64,000 nt of DNA from an uncultured Lentisphaerales bacterium. Its GTDB lineage: Bacteria; Verrucomicrobiota; Lentisphaeria; JABSQK01; UBA12247. The stretch lies in assembly GCA_943788985.1 (NCBI GenBank), contig CALSSJ010000023.1, positions 32,001 through 96,000 on the forward strand, read 5' to 3'. The position numbers were made by a program, and so were the translations under genes. Shown here in pieces: positions 51,401-62,211 of this stretch. The notes beneath the pieces were generated by a model, which worked only from the letters and a program-made list of their open reading frames with translations, had not been told where the DNA came from and searched no databases. Within the stretch, counting starts at the first letter, position 1, and every line of letters starts with the position of its first letter.

Positions 51401-54400
51401 TCCGTCGCGTTTGCCGTAAACGCCAGGGATGCCCCTTCGTTCACATACTTTGTGGTGCCGATATTGGCCAAGATTGGGGCGCTGTTCACATCGCTTACGG
51501 TGATGGTAATAATCTCAGTATCGATAGCCCCTTCTGAATCAGTGACAGAAACAGTCATGTTGTATACGTTACCCCCTTGTGCTTCAGTCGGCGTCCACGA
51601 GAACGTACCAGTGCTGGAGTCGATCGTTGCGCCGGCTGCAAGTGCAGCCACATCCAGGCTGTACGACAGAGTCTGGGCTGGGAGGTCAGCGTCAGTGGCA
51701 ACGGCTACAAAAGTCAATTGAACCAGTTCGTCCACTGCTTGAGCACCGATTGGTAGGAGAACTGGATCCTCATTCACTTCAACAAAGGTCACGGTAACAG
51801 TAATCAGGGTGGATTGAGCTTCGTCATCTGTAATCAGCACACTCAGGGAGAAGTCCTGTGTGGCTTCGAAGAACGACTGGGCTGCTGCAGTGTCCAATGC
51901 GCCGGTGGCGCCAGCCATGGGCGTAAAGGCACCACTTTCGTTACCTGTTTGAATCGCAAAGCTTGCGATAGAGTTTTCGTCCGTTGCAACCACAGTGAAA
52001 TTCGCGGGGATCGCCGTTTCGAGAGCCGTGAAGGTCTGATCCACAGCAACAGGTGGCTCCAGAACATTCGTCAGATTCACCGTGATGATCGCGGTGTCCG
52101 TGAGCCCGGCCGCATCAGTCGTAAGGACGTTAAGCGTGAAGATTGGTGTGGTCTCAAAATCGAGCACGCTCGCGTCGGCGACAGACAATACGAATGTCGT
52201 CGGGTCAATTGCAAAACCACCGCTGTCGTTACCAGAAGTGATAGTGAGTACGACGTTGTCGTTGGCGTCTTCCTCTATAACAACCACCGTCCCGAGAGCA
52301 GTGCCTGCGACCTCGTTCTCATTGGAGGTAAAGGCCTGGTCGAGCACCTCTGGCGCTTCATTGATGTCATTCAAGTAGACCGTGATGGTGGCTACTGCGG
52401 ACAGCGTTCCGGTACCGTCGTCATTCACACGACTCGTTAGTGTAAAGGATGGGCTCACTTCGTAGTTGAGCGAGAGCACGTCCGCAACCTGCAGGTACGC
52501 TGTCGTGCTGGTAGCCGAGGCCAGAGTGAAGACCGCGGATACCGGGTCGAACACGAAGGTCAAAGTATCGCCTGTGTCCTGGTCAGTCGCGATGACTGTG
52601 CCGACCGTTGTTGCGTTGGCGGTGTTCTCGTCAAAGGAGAAGGACTGGCCTGCATAAACCGGTGTGTCGTTTGCGTCCAGAATACTGATGCAAACAGCTC
52701 CCTCATCCAGGTTTTCTACATAGACTGCACCAGCGTCTTCGTCGGCCGTGACGGAAAGCTCGGCATTGTTCGAGAATGGCGCCCCCACAACAAGGGTGGT
52801 TCCGTCCAGATCAATGGCAACACCGTAACGGTCGTCAGCTTCGCCGTCGGATGCGACTTCCTTGGTGTCCTGCACCCACTCTGCATCGCTTTGCTCGAAA
52901 GTGTAGACTGCACCCGCGTCGGTCGCGGTATCGTCGTCGTATGCGGCTGCTACTGCGAAGCGAGTGCCATCAATACTCACGGCACTACCGAAGCGGTCAC
53001 TGGCTTCGGCGTCACTAGCTTCAACCTTTTGCTGCTGATTCCAGGAAGTGCCTTCGCGCTCCCAGACATAGGCGCTACCAGAATCAATCCCGCCAGTGCC
53101 GTCATCAGCTGGCGCCCCAACGATCGCGAATTCACCGGACACTGCGATTGCCGATCCAGCAGCATCTGCTGTGTCGCCGTCGCTGGCCTGCAGTTTGGCC
53201 TGTTGGCTCCACGTGCCAGCATTCAGAGTAAAGATGTAACCAGCGCCTGCTCCGGAGCCAGCATCGTCTTCGCCAGAAGCACCAACTGCGATCGTCGTCC
53301 CATCAATGTCAACGCTTACGCCGAACAGATCGAGCGGGGCGAAGTCCGTTGCGTACAGAACCTGGGTTTCGCTCCAGACGCCTGCGGTCCGATCGTAAAC
53401 GACCACGCCACCGACATCTCCCACGATACCGTCCAGCTTGGGAACGCCGACCACGATCGTATCGCCGTCAATTCCCACGCTAGTGCCGAAAAAGTCGAGC
53501 TTCTCGCGAGTGCTTGCAGTAAGAATTTGCTGCTGTGTCCAGAACCCGGCAGCGTATACATAGACATAAGCGGCGCCGCGGCCGTCGTCCTGGTTCTCAG
53601 CGCCAACGACAATGGTGGTGCCATCTGCGGCAACCGATGTGCCGAAATGGTCATTGGCGGAGCGGTCGCTGGCAACCAGTTTCCCTTCCTGCTGCCAAAC
53701 TTGGTTCGTCAAGCGATAGACATAGGCGGCACCACTCTCGGGATCGACTGCAGGATTGGCTGCGTCCCGGTTGGCGCCAACCACAAGAAGGTCACCGCTG
53801 ATGGCAACAGAGGAGCCGAAGAGCTGCTCGTATAGTTCATCGCATGGGACGATGATCTGCTGATCGTAATCAACGTTCTGCCCCGCATTGTCGTCGGTCA
53901 CATTCACGTTCAGCTTCAGCTGCGGCTCGATTTCATGATCGAGCTGCGTGGGATCAAGAACCGTGATGATGCCAGTGCCTGCGGCAACGCTGAAGGCTGT
54001 AGCGCCTGAGCCGCCAGCAGTGAATAGAGTATAGTTGGAGACGCCGTCTGTCGGATCGACGTCGGTACCAACCACTGTGCCGACCACAGTCCCGGCCAGC
54101 GCATCTTCGAAGACGGTGTAGGTTTGGGTTGCTACAGTTGGTACCGTATTAATGCTCAGGGCATTCACTACGGTATTACTGTCAGTGACGGTGATAACAC
54201 CGTCGCTCATTGCGACATCGATCGTGCTTATACTGGTATTACCCACTGCCACGAAGTTTTCCGTAGGACGAAAGCTCAACACTGAAAGCAAGTTTGCGAC
54301 GGTATCTCGATTGCCACTATTGGAGACATAGAGGCCGGGGCTCACTTCCGAGAGATGCGCGAAGTTCGTCGTGATTGTCTTCGAGGTGACCGGGTCACTC

Positions 54401-57400
54401 CCGTCGTTGGTGGTGTCGTTCAAACACAGATTAAGCTCGGCGGAGAACTCGGCGACTGCATTAACGGCTTCGACCACAGCGAAGGCGCAGGTTACGCCTG
54501 ACGTGATGTTGATCGTCAGAGTATTATCCACTGCATTATATGCTGCATTAGCACCACCGTCGGTACGGGTATCGAGGATCTCTACGGTCACGCCGTCGAA
54601 AGATGACTGAGGAGAACTTACCCATAGATCAAAGTCGTCGTCATCGTCAGCGTCGGTGGATGTAATCCGGTGTTGCACTTCACCTGAGTCGGCTGGGCTG
54701 ACAGTGACCGACATCGTGAGAATCTGTGCAGGAGTATGGACGCCAGCGTTCGGACAGCCCACGGGATTCCCAAAGTAATTGTCTATATCACTCACTAATG
54801 CAGCGGTGAATGGGGCGACGAACTTGTTGTCGTTGATGTTATGAATGGGATTGGGATTCGTCAAGGTAGGAGCATCATTCTGGGACAGTGCGCGAACGAG
54901 TGTCTGCGAATCACGGACGATTGATGCGTCAACGTTATCAGTCACTGAAATTGTAAATGTGGTAATGTCTGTGCTACCGGGCATGATCCGGTTATTCGTC
55001 GGCGTAAAGGTCAAGCCTTGGAGCGCGGTCGTCGTTGCGGTCGTCGTTCCGCTGATGGTGTAAACGATCGGCACAGTGGTTCCAGCTGTTTCGTTATCCT
55101 GAACAGTGATCGTGTAACCAAAAGGCTCCTGTAAGGTCAGTGGCACTGGACCAGTGAGCGCGGTCAGAACCAATACGATCGTCTCTTCGAATGTATCGAA
55201 GGTGACATCGTCAAGAACGTCCAGGGTTACGGAGAGTGTATCGCCGTCGACAGATCCGGCTGGGAACGTCAGGATAGTCGAAGTGAAAGCGGTGTAGTCA
55301 CTATTCACGGTGGCAGTGCCAGTGGCGGCATCACTAACAGTGAAGTATGCTGCACTGACGAGCGGGCCACCTGCGTTTGGAATGCTCAATGTCACATTGA
55401 CGGTCCGGGTGACGTCGGCCTCACCGATGGTCACGCCGGTCGAGTCGAAGGAGATGAAGGGATTGTCTTCGTCTGCAATCGAGACCTCATGGGTCAGCAG
55501 ACTGCCGAGAATGGCAGGGCCAGACAGCGTTGTGATAGCCAGGTCAACAGTCTCGTTCCCTTCGGTGTCGGTGTCAGCACTGGGTGTGATGGTGACAACG
55601 CCCGTGTCGCCATCAGCCGCTCCGATCGGAAAGACAACAGTTGCGAGCGCGGCGGCGTAGTCGCCGCCACCAGCTGAGCCAGTGCCAGAGTCGACGACGG
55701 TGACCGAGATTGGTGCTGTAGTGGTTCCGGCTACCTTACTATGAAGAACGACAACGTCCAACGCGGTGGTTTCATCCGCGGTCTGGCTGCGGCGTGTCTG
55801 GAAGTTGATATAGGAATCGACGACCGTGAACCCTTGGGCCACGGCGTTGCTGAGCGTGCCCTTGAAGCAGCTGTCAATGCTGACAGAAACCGAGAGAGTG
55901 TCGAGCGGGTCGCCGTTGTTGGCACCTGAGATGATTTCGTCGACGTCGTCAAGTACGACGCTGGTAAATGGATTGATTGTGGTTTGATCGTCTGTGTCGA
56001 AGACAGTCGTGCTTCCGAGTGTGATGACAGGCACATCGTTTACCGGAGTAACGGTCACGCTGACCAGTTCGGTCGCGGAAGAGAATGGAGCCGTACCGCC
56101 CGTTCCAGCATTGGCGACGTCAAATGTGGTTCCGTGAAGCCCGGTTGTGGCAGGCGTCTGATCCCACGCATAGAAGCTGTAGGTTGTTTCGGTGCCGTTG
56201 TCTGTATCAGGTTCGAAGCGCACCAAGTCTGTAGCACGCAACAATAGTGCGCCAGCCGGACTTAAAGGAGTCGGTACAGGGATCCAATCGGTACCGCCGT
56301 TAGTCGAGAACTGGAAGACGCCAGTGTTGTTCACGTGCTCGATATTGGTGGCATAGATGGCGATACCCTCAACTGAGGCGGCATCAACGTCCGTGATTGG
56401 ATCGACTGGGTTGTTTTGATCCAAGATGGCAGAAACGAGATTGCCAGCACCGCCGTTGGCATTCTCAGTAAAAATAAAGCTGTAATCTTCGTTCTCGATC
56501 AGCACTGGCGCGTCGTTAATAGGAGCTGCGTGAAGGAGGATCGTCCCAGCCAGTGTAGTGGTGGCATCTTCGAGGCCATCTGAGATGACGATGTTCACGG
56601 TCGTGTCGGTGTTGTTGTTTGCCACAGGAAGGAACTGGACGGCCGCCAGGGCTGCATTCACATTTGCGACCGAGTCGGTGATTGTCCAAGTCGGAGCTGC
56701 GTAAGTCCCGCCGAAAGCAGTGGAGAGCGCGCCGGTCGTGGCGTTATCGAGCGTGAGAGTGACGGTGATCTGCTCATCAACGTCTACGTCAGTCACAACG
56801 ATGTCAGTGAAGTCGACGTTGGTTGTATCTTCGTTATAGGAAATGAACTGCGTCAAGTTGGTGGCTGCTGTCTGGTCGTTTATGGAAGCAACGACGACAT
56901 TGAGAACTTCGTCTTCAATACTGAAGGCAGAGAGGTTGACGCGAACAGATGCGTCAACCAAGCGACCGGATTGGGCGCCATCAGTAGCGTCCCAGCCGTA
57001 AAAGGTAGCTGTGGCAGTTTCGCCACTTATGCTATCCCCGGTATAACGCAAGTGATGGGCAGCGCTCAGCACGAGTGCGGACGTGAGATTGACTGTTGGA
57101 ACAGTCGCATAGGTCACTTCGTTGTCGGTGCTGAATTCCCAAGTGCCAAGACCGGCAAACGCGTAAAATGCCAACCCGAGGGGATCTCCATCACCGTCGA
57201 AGAACAAGTCTACCCCTGGAGCAACGTCGGCCTCAACCTCGGTAATCGTAAAGGAAACGCCTGAGATAGCATCTTCTGTGGTTGTGAAACTGGGAGTAGC
57301 AGTGTCGACAATGACCGGCTGGAAGTTGTCATCATCGGTAATGGTGTAGACAGCGTCTGTGGTTGCCCCAAGACTGGCACCGCCCGTGACCGTCAACTGA

Positions 57401-59100
57401 AAGTTTACAGTCTCGTCACTAGGTGCTTCCGGCACCGTATCGTTCAGTACGGGAAAGCTGACCGTCTGGGTCGTAGCTTCGCTAGCGAAGGAGATTGTGA
57501 CGATTGGTGGCGTATTTGTGTAGTCGGTGCCTGCGATAGCAGTACCGCCACCCTGGTCAGTCAATGTGAGGATGGGGACATGGACAAGACTGCCAGTACG
57601 GTTGACCGTGACGAGCTGACTGGAAGGAGCGTCGGTTTCGTTGTCGCCATAAGCAGCAGCAGATAAGGTGACGCTGGGCTGGCTGACGTCGAGTGCATCG
57701 ACATAGTAAGGAGTCGTCGGATCCTCGTTCACAAACTCGAGGCGGGTAAAGGAGGCAGGCGAGCCAACCATGTCGAACCAAGTACCGCCGTCGTCGCCGC
57801 TGCTTGGGGTCGAACCGCCGTCTGTGTTATCAGACAGAGCCACTGGGGTGCCATCACCGACATCAACCCAAACCTGGAATCGGCCATTGGTGTAATCTTT
57901 AATCAGGCCGATGCGGGCAAACGCACCATCAGCGAGTGTAACGTTCGCGGTAGGCGTCAACCATTCGTCAGTGCCGCCAGCATCGTTGTGAAGAATGCCA
58001 ATCGAGCCAGTGCTTGTAAAGTAGATGCCGGCAGTGGCCGTTGCATCAACGGAAGGTGCGCTCGAACGACGAACGGCTGTCACCAAAAAGTCAGCAGCCA
58101 CAACGCCGGTGGCTGGTTCGAAGTAAACGCTGGCTTCGTCACCGACTTCCAGGAAGTTTCCGCCGCCACCACCGTTGGGCTGGGTGCCGCCGTAGGCCGC
58201 GAGAGCAGTAGCGGCGGCGCCGCCGGTGACAATCGTGCTATTCCCGGCGGTGCCTTCGGTCCAGCCAGGGAGATCCGCAGCCTGATCACCAACCGTCCGG
58301 CCGTCGAAGTTCTCCGCGTAAGGAACAGCGTTGAATTCCTTAATGGTGGCAATCAAGGAGGTGGGGGCAACGGGCTCAGCGTTGGAGAGCACGGTGAGTT
58401 CAAACTCTACGAACTCGTCTCCTTCACCAACGCCCCCAGCAGCCAACGCGGTAAAGGTGAAGGACTTCGAGGTTTCACCGATTGCGAAGGTCAAGCCAAC
58501 TGGATAGATATCGGTGTAGTCAGTTGCTGCGGTGGCGTCAGTGCCGCCACCGGTGTCATTCACTTCCACGGAGGTCGCAGCGCCGGTCGCGCCGGTACGG
58601 GTGACGATAACGCTTACAGCTTGGCCTTCGAAGACGACCGCAGCCAGTGCGGTGGAAAAGGAAACAGACGGCACACTTGCTGTCAACTCCACGTCGGTGC
58701 CGGATCCACCTGCGTAGCTGATCGTGAAGACAGTCCCGTCGGCAGCGAAGGATGCACCCTCGGCTAGGCCGTTGAAGGTGCCACTGTGGGTGATCGCCGT
58801 GTCTATTATAATGTATGAGTCATTGTTTGCCGGCGCGTATCCGAGCTGGATATCCAGCGTCGCGCCTCCACCGCTGTCGGCATCAAGATCTGTACTCCCC
58901 GAAACCGTGATCTGGTCGTGGAGAGTGCCTGCAGTGGTTCCGTTGATCTCGATCGCGAGGGTGGAACCAGTGTTCATGTCCAAATTGCCGGTAACTGCGG
59001 TGATACCGGTGGCTGCTGCTGCAGTTATTCCGGAGAGCATGACCAGTACGATTGCCAGAAGGGGCAATCGGGTGGGTTTCGATGAAGTCTGCATTTTCAT
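45444..59100 (-). CDS. Giant (~4550 aa) secreted adhesin-like protein: Calx-beta, cadherin/Ig-like, FG-GAP propeller, repeated beta-sandwich pairs, C-terminal GWNLVS module; single frameshift near 47535
   Basis: Signal peptide; DINEAP/VNDVP cadherin motifs; about 7 FG-GAP repeats (FGSSVAISGD..VVGA); ORFs 47449-59100 and 45444-47486 join in the middle of a repeat. Confidence 0.85.
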
Positions 59101-59884
59101 ATACCTCGATATAAGACGTAGGGCGCGGTTGTGCTATGTATCATTTCCAATACAGATATTGCGATATCAGAAATGTTCAAGCTTATTTCGCGAAGTTGTG
59201 GGACGATGGGATCTCTATCGGCAGGCTCAGGCAATGCGTACTGACTTGCTGGGCCGCTCGCTTGTAGGCTGCAACCGTCGGGTAGTGGCAGCGGAAGGTA
59301 TAGCAGGGCCATGCCGCGCGGCGATCTCGAGAAGGGGCGCCCATGTTGCGGAGGTAGAGTGGCGGGTGCTAAACAAGGCTCAAGGCTTTGCGAAGTGGCG
59401 TACCAAGGCCGGGATAGGTCCGCGATCCGCGCGAACTGCGACTTCTTTCGTATCACTGGTGCCACCGCAAGAGGCTGCGGTACGGCAGACCTGAGCCGGT
59501 AGGGCACTAAAGAGGGCCGCAGAGACGAGACGAGCTTGCGGGTAGACATACCCGATGGGGTGAACGCACGTCGTTTGCGGAGGCGGGTGTTTTTGCGTCG
59601 TGGGCGCTCCGCGCGCGAATGCCACAGCGGGGGCCCTGGGGACCGAGCGAAGGGAGTTGGTGATAGAGTCCGAGTGTCCCCGGGCGCGCACTGTATTATG
59701 ACGCTGTCGCTCGGCCAGCATTGATCTTCAATCGAGTACGCGTAGTAGTCTGTTTCTTGCGGAGAGAGCAGGTGCTGCTTGGTCCGCTATGGATGGGGCG
59801 ACCGTGTTGAAGCTTTTCCGCAGTATTGACCCAGTTTTTTGGGCCGGTCTTATGTGCCCCATCAGCCAATAGGAGGTCCCCCTG

Positions 59885-61078
59885 ATGTTGAATGCATTGA
59901 TCAGCCCTCAGTTGTATGAGGTGTGGAATCTGACGCATCCATTCTTCGGCTTGGCTGCCTTTCTCCTTGGTGCGTGCATCGGCAGCTTCGGAAACGTATG
60001 CATCTGGCGAATGCCGAGACGCGAGTCGGTGGTGATCGTCCCATCGCACTGTCCGAGCTGCGACGCCCACATCGCCTGGTACATGAATATCCCACTGCTT
60101 AGCTGGCTTGTGCTGCGCGGTCGGTGCTGGTATTGCAAGACTGCGATCTCCTGCAGGTATCCCTTGGTCGAGGCGATTGTGGGTGCCCTCTTCGTCCTGT
60201 GCTGGTTGAAGGTAACTGCATCGCCCTATGGGGAACCGGGGCTACCGCTTGCTTCTCTGATCCCGATGTGGTTTATCGTCTCTGCTGCAGTGGTGATCTC
60301 GCTGATTGACCTAGAGCATTTTGTGATACCCAGTCCGATCGTGGTCACTGGACTGATTCTGGCAACGGTGCTGGCGATTGCCATGCCAGCTGGCCACTTC
60401 TTGGACTACAGCCACTACGCATCTCGGCACCACCACATGCTCACGCATGGGTTTCTGAGTTTTGTCCTGCCGGCTGGGAGCAGCCTCCTTGAGTCTGCTC
60501 GCTTTGTCGCCACGGTCGACTTGGTTCTAGGTATCGTCCATGGTGGGGGAATCCTGTATGTTCTAGGCCTGATAGGGGATCTGCTCTTCCCGATGAGCAA
60601 GCACAGTTCGGATGAGGGAGCGGAAATCCTGATTGAGCAGGACGCTCTGACTGTCGACGGTGAGACTGGGGAATGGGATGATTGGCTGCCGCGTTATAAG
60701 GACGAGATTCGCATTACCGGGCGGCTGACGCCGACAGGGGCCGAGCCAGTCGAGATCATCGCAACGGACACAGGGGTCAAAGTTGGCGAGACGTTTACGC
60801 CGAGGGAGAAGATTGAGGCGATCTCAGTGAAGGCGACGGCGTGGACCTTACCACAGATTGCTATGGGGATGGGCGATGTGAAGCTAATGGCAATGATCGG
60901 TGCGTTCTTTGGCCCAGACGGGGTGCTGCGTATTCTCTTTGTCGGCTGTGTTCTGGGAAGCGCTATTGGAGTAACCGCCTGGGTTATCGCTAAGCTCCGG
61001 CGCCGACCGACGACCAACAAAGTAGCGTTCGGCGTCCCGCTGATGGTGGCCGCTGTGCTACACATGATGCTGTTCTAA
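59885..61078 (+). CDS. pilD: Prepilin peptidase / N-methyltransferase with soluble insertion
   Basis: GSFGNVCIWRMP, SHCPSC, RGRCWYCK, LIDLEH, MGMGDVKL, AFGVPL. Confidence 0.9.
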   Translation: MLNALISPQLYEVWNLTHPFFGLAAFLLGACIGSFGNVCIWRMPRRESVVIVPSHCPSCDAHIAWYMNIPLLSWLVLRGRCWYCKTAISCRYPLVEAIVGALFVLCWLKVTASPYGEPGLPLASLIPMWFIVSAAVVISLIDLEHFVIPSPIVVTGLILATVLAIAMPAGHFLDYSHYASRHHHMLTHGFLSFVLPAGSSLLESARFVATVDLVLGIVHGGGILYVLGLIGDLLFPMSKHSSDEGAEILIEQDALTVDGETGEWDDWLPRYKDEIRITGRLTPTGAEPVEIIATDTGVKVGETFTPREKIEAISVKATAWTLPQIAMGMGDVKLMAMIGAFFGPDGVLRILFVGCVLGSAIGVTAWVIAKLRRRPTTNKVAFGVPLMVAAVLHMMLF

Positions 61079-62211
61079 TGGCACAGACCATTTGGATCAT
61101 GGCCGGTGAGGCCTCCGGAGACCTGTATGGCGGCAGGCTTGCAGAGGAACTGCGTATGCGGCAGCCGGGAGTCACGCTGAAGGGCATGGGGGCTTCTCAC
61201 ATGCACGAGGCCGGGGTTGACTGCTTGGTAGACTCCACTGAGCTCGGCGTGGTCGGTGTGATTGAAGTGCTGAAACACTACCCAATGTTCCGCCGTGTCT
61301 TCCGGCAGTTGGTGACCAAAGCAGAGCAGGAGCGGCCTGACGCGGTCGTGTTGATCGATTACCCGGGCTTTAATGTCCGCTTCGCAAAGCAACTCCACGC
61401 CCGTGGCATTCCCGTAATCTACTACATCAGTCCGCAGGTCTGGGCTTGGGGAAAGCGGCGCATCCCGCTCCTTGCCCGCATTGTGCAGAGAATGCTGGTG
61501 ATCTTTCCATTCGAAGTGGACGTCTATAAGGATACTGGCCTGGATACACGATTCGTCGGCCACCCACTCGTGAACATCATGGAGGAACAGAGGGAGTGGG
61601 GCCTTGAGCGTGAGGCAGACTTGGTGCTTCTTTTACCAGGCAGCAGAAGGTCCGAGATTGAACGCCTACTTGAACCAATTTTGGAGTCAGCTGCACATGC
61701 CAAGGCCATGAACCCGGCGCTTCGGTTTGTGATCTGCTGCCCGCGTGAACACATCGCGGCCCTGATCGAAGACCGCGTGCGCGCGCACCCGCGAGTGCGG
61801 GCGGAAGTTGTCGTGGGGGAAACCGTCCACTGGATGCAGCGAGCCTCCGCTGGCATCGCGGCCTCGGGGACGGTCACTGTACAGGCGGCAATTCTCGGCC
61901 TGCCGCTGGTCGTGGTCTACCGGGTCAATGCGATCACCTACCTGATCGCAAGAGCACTAGTGAAAATCGAGTATATCACGATGGTCAACTTGATCGCGGA
62001 GCAAGAGGTCTTCGAAGAGTATATCCAAGGAGACGTCTGCCCACGGGATATCGCCAACTCGCTCTGTACAATTCTTCCGGGGGGCACACGACGCGCCGCA
62101 GCCCTAGACGGGATCGCGACAGCGGTCGGCCGCCTCCGCTCGTCAGAGGACGCAAGCGCAGCCGCAGCACGAAGTATTCTGAATGCGATACCATGTCTGG
62201 ACAGGGGCTAG
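61078..62211 (+). CDS. lpxB: Lipid-A-disaccharide synthase
   Basis: AGEASGDLYG, IDYPGFN, YYISPQVWAW, FVGHPL, LLPGSRRSE, SGTVT. Confidence 0.96.
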   Translation: MAQTIWIMAGEASGDLYGGRLAEELRMRQPGVTLKGMGASHMHEAGVDCLVDSTELGVVGVIEVLKHYPMFRRVFRQLVTKAEQERPDAVVLIDYPGFNVRFAKQLHARGIPVIYYISPQVWAWGKRRIPLLARIVQRMLVIFPFEVDVYKDTGLDTRFVGHPLVNIMEEQREWGLEREADLVLLLPGSRRSEIERLLEPILESAAHAKAMNPALRFVICCPREHIAALIEDRVRAHPRVRAEVVVGETVHWMQRASAGIAASGTVTVQAAILGLPLVVVYRVNAITYLIARALVKIEYITMVNLIAEQEVFEEYIQGDVCPRDIANSLCTILPGGTRRAAALDGIATAVGRLRSSEDASAAAARSILNAIPCLDRG

